A DNA stretch of 63,299 nucleotides, the filler included, from Rhabdomonas costata (taxonomy: Eukaryota), in the NCBI GenBank assembly GCA_019059605.1. It is 51 parts of 51 records of this genome, joined end to end, with 100 filler letters (N's around TTAATTAATTAA, not from the genome) between each part and the next. Parts side by side here need not be neighbours in the genome. Positions count along the whole stretch, not along the records: positions 23,625 to 24,767 come from JAHMHO010026474.1; positions 24,868 to 26,010 come from JAHMHO010026475.1; positions 26,111 to 27,253 come from JAHMHO010026476.1; positions 27,354 to 28,497 come from JAHMHO010026477.1; positions 28,598 to 29,740 come from JAHMHO010026478.1; positions 29,841 to 30,983 come from JAHMHO010026479.1; positions 31,084 to 32,226 come from JAHMHO010026480.1; positions 32,327 to 33,469 come from JAHMHO010026481.1; 43 more parts are not named here. The stretch is one strand, 5' to 3'. Within the stretch, counting starts at the first letter, position 1, and each line of letters begins with the position of its first letter. The position numbers were made by a program, and so were the translations under genes. Below the pieces are notes generated by a model, which did not search any database, had not been told where the DNA came from, and saw only the letters and a list, made by a program, of their open reading frames with translations. Below, in pieces: positions 23,625-37,029 of this stretch.

Positions 23625-24767
23625 CGTGGTAGTGGGCTGCAGGGTGAGCTGAGCAGGGCTGGGCGAATCACTGGTGGGTTGCAGGTGGGCAGCGTACACC
23701 ACCCCGGGGCCCAAGTCGGCGGGCAGCACCTGCGAAAGGTGGGAAGGGCCAGAGGTGGACTCCTTCTCTCTTACAGCGCTTATTCAATATTATAGGGAAT
23801 CCATCGAGGGGTTTCAAGCAAAGAATTCGCAATCCCGTTCTCTGGCACATACTCTTTCAGCTTCTTTTCTTCTCTTTCTGGTGAGGAGTGGTGAGGGTGA
23901 CAATGACAAAGGTAGGATGGGAGGTGGGGATCACGACATTGTCGGACCCTAATCCAAGGGATGCTTCACTAAAATACACTCTGCCCCAACCACTCGCGCA
24001 CGCGAACATTCTGAATGATTGGCATTACAAAGCTGAGATGAGAATACGCGGGATCGGGAAGTAAGCAAGAGGGGAGAGAGGCGCGAAGATGAAGATGAGG
24101 ATGGAATGAGAAGGAAAGGAGCTGCCTGGTTCAGGGAACTGCGTAGGCAGCCTCGGAGGGCGTTGTCCAAGATCTGGCCCAGCGCGGCCCTCTCCGAAGA
24201 CCCCTCCAGGCGGTCGCCAAACACCCGCATGCACTCATGGGTCCACAACTGCACCACAGCCTCGGTGGGCTCCGTGCAGCTCCGGGCGTCGGCCAAGGCC
24301 AGCCCGGAGAGAACCTGAAGAGACGCCGGAGACCCTCTCTCTTGTCAAGAAGGTTGGCCCCATGTGACCTCCGGTCCAAAGTGTACGCTGGGCCTTGGGA
24401 ACCCTAACTGACGCGTTTAGAGATCTCTTTGTCGGTATCCAACCTTCCGCGCTCGTACACTGCCCCTTGAGCAAAATGTTTGGAATTTCTTTCCTAGAGT
24501 TACTCTATCGCTTAGTCCTTTGTTCCTTGATACAGGCACTGTTGTCTCCCAGTCTTCCGCGTCTCCGACACACACATGTGCACCACACCTTGCTGACATC
24601 TCGGAAGGTCACTGGGCCCAGTGTCCTCTCCATGGCACGGGATAGAGCCTCCACCCTGGGCATAGCCTCCATCACCTCCACCGTGGCCCGGCCCAAGTTC
24701 TGCGCCAGTCCTGGGGCTCCGGTGGTGGGCTCCCATCCCCCCGCCCGCAGGCCACGCTCCGCAAGCT
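23625..24767 (-). CDS. Divergent dynein heavy chain, AAA3-lid region (exons 24767-24589, 24314-24126, 23729-23625)
   Basis: TFRDVSK|VLSGL and LWTHECMRVFGDRL are dynein heavy chain signatures. Confidence 0.85.
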
Positions 24768-25126
24768 NNNNNNNNNNNNNNNNNNNNNNNNNNNNNNNNN
24801 NNNNNNNNNNNTTAATTAATTAANNNNNNNNNNNNNNNNNNNNNNNNNNNNNNNNNNNNNNNNNNNNTGTGGTTGTGCCTGTGATCGACCTACAGCTATA
24901 TCCGCAGTGTATGAAAAATGTTCATTTGGATAAAGTCTCGAACTTTGGTTTTGGGCAATGATTGGGATACTAATTTTGCGTGTATTTTTTGAGCCGAGTT
25001 GTGACGTGTACTGGTGAGAAGTCTCTCCGTGTTGGACGCGATTTGCATCACAGCGGTTGTGTTGCGCTGTTGGAATTGGATGAGGCCGTTCTCCTCAGAG
25101 TCCCTTTTCCCTTGTTGCTTTCGTCA

Positions 25127-25642
25127 ATGTTGCTCGGCGCCTTGCCAGCCGATGCTCTGCTGGTCATAGCCCGGTTTCTGTTCCCCGAAGAGCGCGGCGT
25201 CCTTACGCGGACCTCCCGGACGTTACTGGCGATCTGTGCTGGCACACTTCCTTACCTTGTTCTTCCTGTGAGAAGAGCCTGTGCCGTGGAAAATCGTATG
25301 AAATCTCAATGCACTGCCGCTGGAGGTCAGCCAGACACCGGCAGGGATGGCCACAGCAAAGCTTCCGCGTGGCCGCTCTGTGCCGGCGCTCTGGTTGATG
25401 CGGACATGGTGGTGATGGCGTTGGAGCGCGTGGGGGCCTTTGGAGCGACGGTTGTTGGAGGCGCTCCAGTAAGGCTGTACGACAGCAGAGGGAATTTTGT
25501 CCGCGGAAAGCAGCTCGCTGAGTGGACTGTGAGCCTCGGAAAGGACGCCATCCGTCTTCGGGTGCGATTTGAGCCCTGGGGTGCATTGGAGTGCGCACCA
25601 CTCAACACGTCTTCCAGTGTTATGGTGAACCATGCTGTGTGA
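25127..25642 (+). CDS. F-box-like protein
   Basis: LGALPADALLVIARFL....L..TSR at the N-terminus; remainder not recognised. Confidence 0.5.
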   Translation: MLLGALPADALLVIARFLFPEERGVLTRTSRTLLAICAGTLPYLVLPVRRACAVENRMKSQCTAAGGQPDTGRDGHSKASAWPLCAGALVDADMVVMALERVGAFGATVVGGAPVRLYDSRGNFVRGKQLAEWTVSLGKDAIRLRVRFEPWGALECAPLNTSSSVMVNHAV

Positions 25643-26114
25643 AGTTAACTCTATACTTGTGTAACTGTCGTGCACTGTTGTGCATTATCGTCTGTCCGCT
25701 CAATATCTGTGTTGTTCAACCCCTTCGCAGCATAATCTGCAAATGGCAGATAGCAGAAATGTTCTAACATGGCATGACTGGCATCCGAAAACTACATTTC
25801 CTAGCTCAGCATTTAAATGATGAGTACTTTCGACATCGCCTTCCTTTCGTCATTTAGCGGCGGCACCAGATGGTGTTACGGGGGCCTCTCCAAAGCACTA
25901 CCCTAATCTGTTTGTTTGCTCGTATCTTTGTACAGCGTTGTTCCGCTGTCGTTTACTGTTCCTGTGCTGTTCTTTCTCGCCGCTTTCCGCCCACTCACCC
26001 CACCCACCCCNNNNNNNNNNNNNNNNNNNNNNNNNNNNNNNNNNNNNNNNNNNNTTAATTAATTAANNNNNNNNNNNNNNNNNNNNNNNNNNNNNNNNNN
26101 NNNNNNNNNNGGTT

Positions 26115-26203
26115 GGTGGGTACCGGTCTGAGGGTGCGAGACCGCCACCCAGCGTTTTGGGAGACCCAGCGTGTATTCAAAAGATCCCGGGGCTGCTTCG
26201 GCA
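26115..26203 (+). repeat. Dispersed ~90-bp repeat, copy 2
   Basis: GTACC.G.CTGAGGGTGC...GCCAC.CAGCGTTT.GGGAG...CTGCTTCGGC shared with 2131-2220. Confidence 0.75.
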
Positions 26204-26358
26204 CACATTTTACCTGACCCTTTAAAACATCAAGTCAGCGACAATAATTTTCAGTCAGTGTACGGATCACCCCTCTTCCCCTTTCCAACGTGGTTTGGGC
26301 CCCGGGAAGAAGGGTGAAAGTGGATGGAGGGGAGTGTCGCTGTGACTAAACAAACCAC

Positions 26359-26919
26359 GAGAAGTGGAGGTCGACCGTGAGCAGCCGAAGCCGCCGCACG
26401 TCTCCCCAGTAGAACCGCTTCACCGTTTGCATCCAGAACGGCAGCCAGGTCACGTTGGACGGAGGGAAGTACGAGTTGAGCCAGCCCATCTCAAAGAAGA
26501 CCTGCCATTTTTTGATGGACGGGAGGGGGGTAACAGGGGCAGGATTTTCCCTCCTCTCTACGGTTCGGGGTCGGTACATCACGGACACAGAGATTCGTAA
26601 CCCCTCGAATAGCAAGACAATCACCCAGCTTTCCTCGCCCAAGGGAAAAATGAACGACCTCCATGGTCGCAGGATGGTTGTCCAAGTTGCGCATCATGTC
26701 TGCGAAAGTGCTAGCTGAGGGGTGCAGCAGAAACAGCCCGCCATGCCACTGTGGGAGGGGGTCCGAGAAGGTCCCCGCCACGGCCCCCTCCGCGGGCGCC
26801 CACTGCAGCAGCCCATCCAGGGACTTCAGCGCCAGCACGTCGGAATCGAAGTAGACCACCGCGTCGTACTCCGTGAGGTTCCAGAAGTGGAGCTTCCAGA
26901 AGCAGTGGCGCTGGGAATG
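26359..26919 (-). CDS. Glycosyltransferase family 8, glycogenin-like (exons 26919-26659, 26501-~26359)
   Basis: KLHFWNLTEYDAVVYFDSD (DxD), GGLFLLHPS and GWLNSYF motifs. Confidence 0.88.
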
Positions 26920-27934
26920 CTACGGGAGCGGCTGGACGGATACGCCCTTGTCCTACGACGTCTACGATCGATACCAGGCGGACACCCAGAAACTCGCGTG
27001 ATATAGAATCCCATTAAAGAGCAATATACTAAATAATATAATATATATGGAAATGCATAAGCTGTAGAAGCGCACAGATCGGCTGCTCCATATGTTACAC
27101 CCGACATTCACGGCCAATGTACATGTACCACCCTCAGGTGGTACATTTCAAATTTCATACAAATGATTTTCTTATCACCTGTTGAATGTTCCAAACTCCC
27201 ATCTTAAATGTCCTGAAATCCACTCCTGAACGCGAACAACTGCGCGTGGTGCTNNNNNNNNNNNNNNNNNNNNNNNNNNNNNNNNNNNNNNNNNNNNTTA
27301 ATTAATTAANNNNNNNNNNNNNNNNNNNNNNNNNNNNNNNNNNNNNNNNNNNNGGGGTGGGTGCTCTAAAGAAGTCGTTGTTACCTAATATGAGCGTCAT
27401 TAAATCTCCACGGCATAAGTTATGGCCCCATCTCCCCTTACGTGGCCAGTTTGCAGAAACATCGTTTCAAGTGTGGGACTCTCACTTATAAGATGGCGCG
27501 CCATATAAGGCAAACTACGCCCGGAAAATGGTGTTTGTGTGCGTGATAGTTTTCTGCTGCTCTGATTTTGTGGTGTTACAAACTTCACGATGAAGGCTCT
27601 CCTTTGATTGCTTCCTCCTTTGCTGATTTTTTTGCTTGCTTGCACATCCCTTACCACGCACACACGCCATGGACACAGCGCTGCAGGCGATCACACAGCA
27701 ATCATATTATGCCGCGGAAATTTTATGCGACAAATCTATGGGGCAGAATACATTAGAGTGAGCTTCTTTCAAATGCCTGGCTTACTCCTGCTTTTGCCAC
27801 AGCAAAACCAATGTCCCGAAAGGTGCCAGATCCAACGTCGAACACGACTCGCCCTCGAATTATCAGTTTTGAGGCCACCGCGCGTCGAGAAGGTACGGGA
27901 AGGTACTGAGCACACATGAAAAGCCCAGCAAATC

Positions 27935-28009
<75 letters not shown>
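27935..28009. repeat. (GAAA)n microsatellite, about 18 units
   Basis: Seen directly. Confidence 0.97.
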
Positions 28010-28014
<5 letters not shown>

Positions 28015-28620
28015 AAGAAAGAAGCTAGGAAAATATACACAAGGGCTGAGCAGACACAGACGACACACTTTGCTGCTGTTGTCATGTGCAGGTTTTGTTT
28101 CTACTGAAGAGGTCCCCTTTTGCTCTTTGTTTCCGGTGAGACGAAAGAGCAACTACCACAGAAAAAGGGCTGAGCAGGTCTGCGTGCCTGGAGCAACCAG
28201 AAAGCCCGTGCCACACCCCGGAATCCTGCACACGGCGGGGATGTTCACGCGGTTTCCCCTCAGCAGACTGCCCTGGGCTTCCATGAGAATGAATCCGTCA
28301 GAAAATGGAAAAGTCACTAACAGAAGAAAAACGCGAGGAATTGAAAAAATCATCGAATCTTCACGAAATTCTTCGAAAATCGAAAGTTTCAAAAGTTTCA
28401 AAAAATCGAAAGTATTTGTAACTAGTTTGGGGCGAAGCCTCCCACCCTCGCCCTGCCCAGCCCCTGAGGTTTATCAATTGCAGATAAGCGCAACACCNNN
28501 NNNNNNNNNNNNNNNNNNNNNNNNNNNNNNNNNNNNNNNNNTTAATTAATTAANNNNNNNNNNNNNNNNNNNNNNNNNNNNNNNNNNNNNNNNNNNNTGT
28601 GGGTGGGCTTAGGAGCCAAC

Positions 28621-29526
28621 CAGGGTGTGGGCGAAGTTCTCCAGGTAAACGCTCAGCGCCGTCTCTACGGCCCCCCCTCCGGGCACCACTGTGGCCGACT
28701 CCATGGTCCGCCGCACGGCCTGGAGAGCGTCATTCATCGACCTGTGCAAGGGAAGGAAGCACAACTACCACGGGAAGGGGGGGGAGTACCCATCTTAACA
28801 AAGAAGTCCGGTAAGAAGAGAGACGGTTTTTTGCCGTGAAGTCCAAAAGCTTTCAGAAAACTGCTTTACTTTTGAAGTGAGGCGGTGTGCAGTGAAACTA
28901 GCACACAGAATAGAGAGACCTCTCCATCTCGTCCAGCATGAAGCTGTTGGCACCCCGAAGGATGATGGAGGACTGCGTGTGCTTGGCCCCGCCCTGCAGC
29001 GCGTGGGAAAGGGAAATGGGAGGGGTGGGCATGAACCGTTAGACTCACTGCACTGACTGAGCGGCTTGAACACTGGTATGGATACTCTCAGGCACCGAAG
29101 TCGGCTCGAATCCACACATTTACGGTCCACCACAATGAGTGGTGCTCGGGCCCCACCCCAACCACGACTTCCCTTGTGGAACATACAGGCCAGCAGGTGC
29201 TTGAATCTTGAATCACTTGAATCAGGCGTGAAAGCCCACACACTCATGAGCCTGGAGTCAGGGTGTGGTGAAGAAGGCACAGAGGCGGGGCGAGCATGCA
29301 TGTGCGGTGTGGTTGACATCATCACGATGCATATGAGTGCGTCGGGAAACACACTGGGCGCACTTGGCCAGGGTGAACTTTTTGTGGGGAGGACCCGAGG
29401 TCCACTACTCTAGGCTCTCGCCTTTCGATGGGGATGGGGGACACACACGCACACACAGCACCCTAACCTTGATCACCAGGAACTCGTCGTCGGCAAAGCG
29501 CTGTTCCATCACAGACTCCGCAGTCC
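28621..29526 (-). CDS. TCP1: T-complex protein 1 alpha (exons 29526-29468, 28993-28920, 28741-28621)
   Basis: SSIILRGANSFMLDEMER|SMNDALQAVRRTMESATVVPGGGAVETALSVYLENFA; GT-AG introns. Largely missed by the ORF track. Confidence 0.93.
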
Positions 29527-30489
29527 CTACCAAACAGCGAATGAGAGAATGAAAAACGCGCACAGAAGTCAGGGTAAAATCTGGTACTTCCAATCTCAGT
29601 AGAGACTGAGTGGACTCCCTGGATTCGAATCCCACCCCGGACATTTGTCGGACGAGGCGATATGGGGAGTCTAGGAGTTGAACCGGCAACTCTTGGCACG
29701 GGTGCCACATACACCCCCCCCCCCTATTTTGCCAAGTTAANNNNNNNNNNNNNNNNNNNNNNNNNNNNNNNNNNNNNNNNNNNNTTAATTAATTAANNNN
29801 NNNNNNNNNNNNNNNNNNNNNNNNNNNNNNNNNNNNNNNNGTTGGTGTGGACTCTGTTCTGCTGGTCCTTCGTTTGAAAGTGATTCTTTTTTTGAGGTTG
29901 GTTGGCTTTTCTGGTCAGGTGCTGCCTGAACGAGGTCAAACCGTGCGTGAGATTCAGTTCCTGCTCGAAAAGTGTGCATGTGGGCGCCTTTTGCATATAC
30001 TCTTGCCTCCGTGGATACCTGGTGCCAGCCTGCCTGCTCGTTTGTCGTGCGACCTCGGTTCAAGCAAGTACGATGAAAGGCAGTTTTTTCTGTCTACAAG
30101 CATCGGGTGCATTTCTAGTTATTATAAGGTCCCAAAAATCGCCTGGGGCCAGTGGCATCGTATGGAGAAGTGCAGCAGAGGTCAGGCTTTCCCCCGCGTT
30201 TCCTGCTGCTGCGAAGAGCGGAACTAGTGGCCTGTGAGTATGTACAGAAGCGAAGGGGTGCGCTGACGAGATTAGACGCGCAGCACCAAACGCGGCAAAG
30301 GGCACGGCAAGGTTGTGCACAACAATACCAGCAGAGAGAATAGAGAATACATCTCATTTGTGCGGCGCGCCATGCAGTGTCGCAAAGCGAAATGTTTTCT
30401 GCAGATGGTGTAATTTTTCCACTGCCAAAGATCTGATCATCTGTATTGCGCATCTTCTGAGCGTTGCGTTTCTCTGCGTGTGTCAACAG

Positions 30490-30652
30490 CACGGACTACA
30501 GTGGCTTTCCTGTGGTCAACGACACCACGAGCATGCTGATTGAGGGTTACATCACCCGCCGTGGCCTGGAGCGTGGGATGCGGCGGGCCTTCGAGCAGTT
30601 CTCCCCTATGGTCTCCCCCGACAGCCAGGTCGTGTTCAGCGCGGAAGTGCAG
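30490..30652 (+). CDS. CBS1 exon of a CLC chloride channel/transporter
   Basis: TDYSGFPVVNDTTSMLIEGYITRRGL; GTGAGT donor. Confidence 0.75.
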
Positions 30653-31220
30653 GTGAGTGAACGTGCGAGAATTGGGAGCGATATGATTCATTGCCCGTGT
30701 TCACCCCCCTGCGTTCTGTTTCAATCAATTGGGCAGTAAATTTCGGCGTCCCCTCACCCCACGCCACTTGTAGTGCGGCATTATTCTCATGCTGCGAGAA
30801 GCTGAGCATCTGGTTTCCACCTCGGTGTTGTAACCTTGCTTTGTTAGCTGCATCATTCCTTGTGATTGCCTCCTCCCTTCCTCTTTCCCCCCCTTCCCCT
30901 CTCCCTCCCCCCCTCCTTCCCTTTCTTCCTTTTTCTCCTCCCCCCCTTCTTCCCCTCTCTTTCTCCTTCTTCCCTTCTTCCCTNNNNNNNNNNNNNNNNN
31001 NNNNNNNNNNNNNNNNNNNNNNNNNNNTTAATTAATTAANNNNNNNNNNNNNNNNNNNNNNNNNNNNNNNNNNNNNNNNNNNNCAAAACCAGGTGAGGTT
31101 TCGCCTCAACATTTGCACGACCCTGCAGAAACTAGAAGGATAGCAGACTGCGCAGAAATTGGAGAGGGTTCCAGCTCAACAACCCTCTGACTTGGAAGCT
31201 AGCTCCTGCAGCAACCGTAC

Positions 31221-31387
31221 CGCCTTTCTGGTGTGAACTTGCGACCAGCGGCTCTGAGGACAGTAGTTGTACTTCCGGAGATCTCCGCGTAGCAATGCTT
31301 TGGAGCCAACAAGGAACTCAATCATGTTCTCGGCCGGAATGGCCACCAGCTCAACTTCGAATCCCGCCGCCTCAAGGTGCTCCATAA
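31221..31387 (-). CDS. Probable internal exon, unknown protein
   Basis: PEKLLPLMEHLEAAGFEVELVAIP...; aag acceptor, gtacgg donor. Confidence 0.45.
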
Positions 31388-32573
31388 GCGGCAACAACTT
31401 CTCGGGGCTTGAAATTAAGAAATACACAGAAGCAGCTGAATTCGCAAAAACGGGAGGGTAGTGCGTGGTTGTACGTGCCCTGGTTGTACGTGTGGCAAGC
31501 AGGAACGGCGACGCGTCAGAATTAACGCCGTTTTCGACCCTTGCACCGCAGCTGAGGCAAACCATGCACCACCACCAACAAAGCAAAGATCAAACCAGAT
31601 CGGTGACACCTTTCAGAAAACGAAAAAAAAAAGTCTGGCTAGAAAGTCTCAAATCTTAGAAGAGGAGAAGCGTCAACAGGCCAGAGGAACACAAGAAAAC
31701 ACGTTCTTGACTCCTATAAAGCGCCAAACAAAAAGAGAAATTGCACCAGTGAGAAAGAGCGCCTCAGCTGATGCACTGCCCGTACTTGATCGTTAGCTTG
31801 GGCACCTGCCTCTCAGTTCCGGCTGAGAGCTTTGGGTTCAACCCGGAGGGATTCGAGGAGTACCCTGTTACCATTGTGTTGTAATTTTGTGAGAAACAGA
31901 TACGCTGCGGCTGGAAAAGCTTCTGATTGTCGCACAAGAACGAAACCCTCAGCAACAAAGCCAACTCAATACACCGTGTGTGGAGCCCTGAACAGTCCAG
32001 CATGACTTTGGCTGCCCGAACAGAAGAACGATGGACGTTGGCGAACAGAAAGTGAGGCCGGTTAAATATGTACAAAATAAAAGACCTATCAGACCCATCA
32101 AAGAGAAGCCAAGACGACATTCTCGGCTTACATGCATTTTGAACAGCGGGAACAATTTCCTGCTTCTCAGCAGAAATAAGATCACGAGACAGGGGGACAA
32201 AGAGGCACGCACGGAAGAGCGGATGCNNNNNNNNNNNNNNNNNNNNNNNNNNNNNNNNNNNNNNNNNNNNTTAATTAATTAANNNNNNNNNNNNNNNNNN
32301 NNNNNNNNNNNNNNNNNNNNNNNNNNTTTTGGGTGTCGGGCTGTGATTGTGTTGTTTTTCTATTTTTCTGCTTTGCTTGTTGTGTGTTTGTTTCAATCAC
32401 TTTTCTTTTTGCCTCTGATTACTTCGTTTGAGTACAAAACAGGCGATAACGGGAAGAATTCCCTGCGGTTGGTTTCACACAAGCGTAGGGTGCCAGGGAA
32501 AGGGCACCGTTCCTTCGCGGTAGATCTGTTCTGCGCGTCTAGTTTTGGCTAAATCCGGTGGGACCCTCCGCAG

Positions 32574-33464
32574 ATCTTGGAATCCATGAGGAAGTTTGCC
32601 GAGGAGTGCGACCGTTGGCAAGGGTTGCACGTCGTGTGCGACTCCCTTGGGGCCTTTGGAGGCCTAACCAGAGGGCTGTTGAGGGCGCTGCACGATGACT
32701 TTGGCCCGAAGATTCCCTCCTTTGTGGCTGCAGCGCAGCTGCCTCCGCAGCCTCGGAGGTGTGACCCGCTCCCGCAACCGGGACAGGAACCGTTGCCACT
32801 GCTTCTTATGCAACCTGCTGCACAACACGACAGTCCTGAGAGCATCATGGAGACTCATTAAAACGACTCTTGAAACACAGTCGCCCGTTTATTTGATTTT
32901 CGGAGCAAGTCGGCAATTTCCTGTGAAGCAGGGCGGTAAAGCATAGAGTAGTTCGGTTTCGGTTCTTTTTCTGCTGTTTGTGCAGTGCTCAAGTGGGACC
33001 GTTCGCCCCACTGAACCTGGGGTTTAGTACAGCAGAGGTGAGCGAGTTGGCCGGAGCGTACGTCCCTTTGGACATCGCCTCGTGGACCCCGCTGTGCAGT
33101 GGTATGCAGAAACCCTCATCGCTACCTCTCTTTTTACTTTTTCCCACACAAAATTCCTTGGTCTGCAAAGGCGCTGTGCAATAGAGACAATTTCTGAGTT
33201 AGCGGTAGTTTTTGACATGGCGGAATTTTGAGACATGCGGTAACCTCTTGCCGCCTGCTAGCGCACTTGCGTTCCTGTGGTGCAGAGGCCCCCTCGGGAT
33301 CCCCGTTGCTTCGGGTGGACGTATCCTCATCCGAAGAAACGCACAGCACCGCTGCCGCAGTGGTTGCCGCGGCGATGGACACATGGTTGCTTCCGTTGCG
33401 CAGCGAGGATCCCGGAGGCAGCATCATGACCTACCGCCTCGAGGACCTATGCTCCATGCTGCGA
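32574..33464 (+). CDS. MSTO1: Misato/DML1 tubulin-like protein (exons 32574-32758, 32986-33101, 33286-33464)
   Basis: MRKFAEECDRWQGLHVVCDSLGAFGG; LNLGFS...YVPL; HSTAAAVVAAAMDTWLLPLR. Confidence 0.82.
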
Positions 33465-35729
33465 GTACGNNNNNNNNNNNNNNNNNNNNNNNNNNNNNNN
33501 NNNNNNNNNNNNNTTAATTAATTAANNNNNNNNNNNNNNNNNNNNNNNNNNNNNNNNNNNNNNNNNNNNGGTTAGTGGTTCGCACCAACGACTCGAAGGC
33601 AAGGTGGCAGCACGCAGCACTGGTAAAAAAAAGGTGGTCAGGTCAGCCCCTTTCTTGAGTGATTTCCGGTGTAATGGAAGTTGGGGAGGGAGGTAACGGT
33701 TACCCAATTTTTACTATGGGAGCATATTTTCAAAAGTTGCTAAAGGCACCCCGCACCAGCCGCCCGTTCCAGCCGCGGCGCGGACTGGCCTTCGCCCTTA
33801 AACCAATGCTGTCCTTCTCGTCCGGCGATATCCCAGCCGTTGGTGGGCCCTTAGCAGTAGTTTTCAGCTGCTAAGCAAAATCAGTCATCTAGGGACCACT
33901 GTCAAGCTTAGCTAACCCCCTCACACAACATTGAAGACATTTCCACAGTGCCGGCATATTTTACGCGACCCTTTTCGATGGCTTAAATTTATAAAAAGCC
34001 AGTTTCTGACCCCCCCCCCTTCCACCTTCCATTGGGCCGATTACCCTTAAAAGCCTCATACAAATGTGAATTTTGGGTGTAAAACGACGCGTCGGAAATA
34101 ATCATCCTATTTCTGCGTTTTCTGGGGCTTTAGAACACCAAAAACACCATTTTTAGGCAGAAACGACAGAGGAGACAGACCACGTCACCTCAAAAGGGCA
34201 CAAAACAGGAATCAGATCGAACTTCGGACTTCGGGTTAGCCTTTGATAAAAACGCATAGATGTGCTTCCTTTGTTTCTAAGACGAGAACTTGAACAATCT
34301 TGAACCGACACCTTTGTTGGGTGCCTGTGAATTTGAACGAAACTATCCACAGTCTTCGCAGCTTGCAGTTTGTGAATTGTGAGCGTGATCGCGCATCTCA
34401 ATGCAAAACCAATAACACCGTGATGAATGATGCAACCCCCAGCGCAGCCAAATAACTGACCCTGAAAAGAGCAACCAGGCGATCCAATTTATCCAGCGCC
34501 ACTGCTTATTCTATTTAGCTTTAGTCGAACCTCAAAAGCACAGGAGAGAGGGAAAAGAGGTGGGTCTTATACTGGTACAAGATACATGGACTGCACCGTG
34601 ACCAGCTGACCCTCAATCTCCCCAAGGGAAGTTGCCAAGGGGAGCTTCAGGAAGCGACCCCACCCCCCCAGCGAAGGGTCCGAAAGAGCTTGAGCTAGCG
34701 CTCGACCACACNNNNNNNNNNNNNNNNNNNNNNNNNNNNNNNNNNNNNNNNNNNNTTAATTAATTAANNNNNNNNNNNNNNNNNNNNNNNNNNNNNNNNN
34801 NNNNNNNNNNNGTTTGTAAAGCTCCGGGCCAAAGCTTTCGCACGGAGCTTTGCAAAGACAACCTGAAGCGTTTGCAAACGGGAGGGTCTCTGTGCAGGAC
34901 GTTAAGTGGGTCCGCCACCCCGGGAAAGGTTTGTGTGTGTGGCCTCGCAACCTTACCTCCCCCCCCCCTCAATTCTCCGTCATTTCTTTGTTTTCCAGGG
35001 GTGAAGTCGGATGAAGTGGTGACAATACGCAGTGGGAACTTTTCCATAGTGAACGGCACGATTATTCTCACCTTTACCGCCCGCTTTGGCCGTGCCGCCG
35101 ACTCGCAGAGGTTTCGCTGCGGACCGCTCCAGCGGCCGCACCCCATCGCCTCGCCATATATCCAATTATCCGCCAAAGTACGGAACAGACTTCCCGTTAT
35201 CTGGCACTAACTCCTAGACGTCGATTCTGAAATGAGCCAAAGCAATGAATTCTCATTTTGGGTGAACCGTCTTCAGGTGAAACCAACAGAACTGGAGACC
35301 GATTCATGTACCAGTGGTAACAACTGCCCCACCCCCCAAAGTCCTTTCGGGCATTGAGGCGCAAGTGGTAATTTTCACACATAATTCTAACACGTCCATC
35401 CGTGATCCAGTCAATGCTGTGTGTGTGAGTGTGAAATGGTAAACACATTTGGGCAACCATTTTGTGCACTTGGTTCTCCGATTACTTTTTGCGTGACACC
35501 GCACAGATACGTTACGCTCGGTTTTGGGTTTGTGGATGGCAGTACTTAGGGTAGAGCGCTGAACTAAATTCCCTGCAACCTGTTCAGACTGCATTCGGGT
35601 GCGGTCGCCCTGTTGTCGCAGCAAAAAAAGCGTCGTCGAGGCTCCACGCTCTCTCTCCTCCACCCTTGCGTGCCTCGCATCCCGCCCGCCTTCCCTCCAC
35701 TGTCTGTGGCTATGGCACCACATTCTCAG

Positions 35730-35815
35730 CCACGTCGTGCTGCTTCGTGACGTTCCACACTGCGGCGACGGCGAAGAAGGCCTTGGAGTTGGGGCCGCTG
35801 AAGATCGCAGGAAAG
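35730..35815 (+). CDS. RRM-domain exon (RNP1)
   Basis: SCCFVTFHTAATAKKALE; AG/GT bounded. Confidence 0.7.
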
Positions 35816-36340
35816 GTTCGATTCCGACCCATACACACATACACGCACTCATAAATGCACGCACACACACACACACTGCATCACGTCCAAGATTGGAAGG
35901 ATGTGAGTTGGGTGTGCGGGCGGGTTGAGGTTTTAAGATATTGCACCAACCCCCNNNNNNNNNNNNNNNNNNNNNNNNNNNNNNNNNNNNNNNNNNNNTT
36001 AATTAATTAANNNNNNNNNNNNNNNNNNNNNNNNNNNNNNNNNNNNNNNNNNNNGTGGTTTGTGTTATGCTGACTGGGTGGCATAGCCATAGATGGGAGA
36101 TGAAGATATGAGGATGGAAAAGATGGGGGCTTGCCAGACCTGCTTAGTATTGATTCTTCATTTCGTGGTGCAACGCTTGACGTGCGAACATCTCAGTGAC
36201 CAGTCCCTCCCACTTCCTCCCACCTCCTCAACAGCTTTCTTCGCAGTGAGTTGCTGTGGAGCGTGGGTTTGTTAAGCCGTGGCTTTAAGGTGCTACGGCT
36301 GCAGGTGGATTTTCTTCTTCTCCCGCACTGTGCTGCACAG

Positions 36341-37029
36341 GCTGAGAGAGTTTGACAAGCAGAATAGCATTGAGGGGTCCCCGGGGCCCAACCAGGCTCG
36401 GGAGCAAGCCGCTCTGAGCGAGCGAATGGCGGTATCGTTGGCGCTCTCCCTTTCATTCTGTGCATATCGTTGTACAAGGATGAGGGTGATGAGGAGGAGT
36501 ATGCCATAGGTAACGATGATACAGACAAAATTGAACCGAGGCAAAAAAAAAATTGCCTTGCAGTGCATTATTTTTGCATGTTTTGCCTCGTAGTTTTTTT
36601 TTGGGGGGGGGGTTGTTCAGTTGCATATTTGTCCTCCTCAGTTCTTGCTCAAGGAACCGCAGAATTGGTAAGACCGTGGCATCAGTGATGACGCATCACG
36701 TGATGAAGCCCACGATGCATGTTGCCCTGCGTTTTTGAGGAAAATAGTTGACCTGAAAAGCACACCTTTCTTCTGCACAGTAAATGAAGTTTCTCTGGGA
36801 GCTTTTTTTATAGCCTAACAGCATATACCCGAGCATGTCCCTGTGTTTTTTTCGTACACGTATTGGCGTTCCATTTTCCTGTCACTCTGTCTCTTAGGAT
36901 ACCTCCAGCGTGTGGCACCGCCTGTGGGAAAACGCCGATCCCTGCCCGGCCGTGCGGCAGCTGTCCTCCTTTGATCCCGTTCAGGAGGGCACTCTAGCGG
37001 TGCGCTATCTCAGCGAGCTTCCTCAGGAG
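36341..37029 (+). CDS. RAB3GAP1: Rab3 GTPase-activating protein catalytic subunit (exons 36341-36431, 36898-37029)
   Basis: LSERMA|DTSSVWHRLWENADPCPAVRQLSSFDPVQEG...YL fits the LS.RM..W...W..A.P.P..RQ..FD..E motif. Confidence 0.75.

Noticed and set aside
29600-29705. tRNA gene (GGATTCGAATCCC, and GGTTCAACTCC on the minus strand)
   Set aside because: Only isolated T-loop/B-box-like strings; no cloverleaf could be built.
36479-36509. Acidic micro-exon (DEGDEEEYAI) in RAB3GAP1
   Set aside because: At 31 nt it would shift the frame, and the flanking exons already join into the conserved motif.
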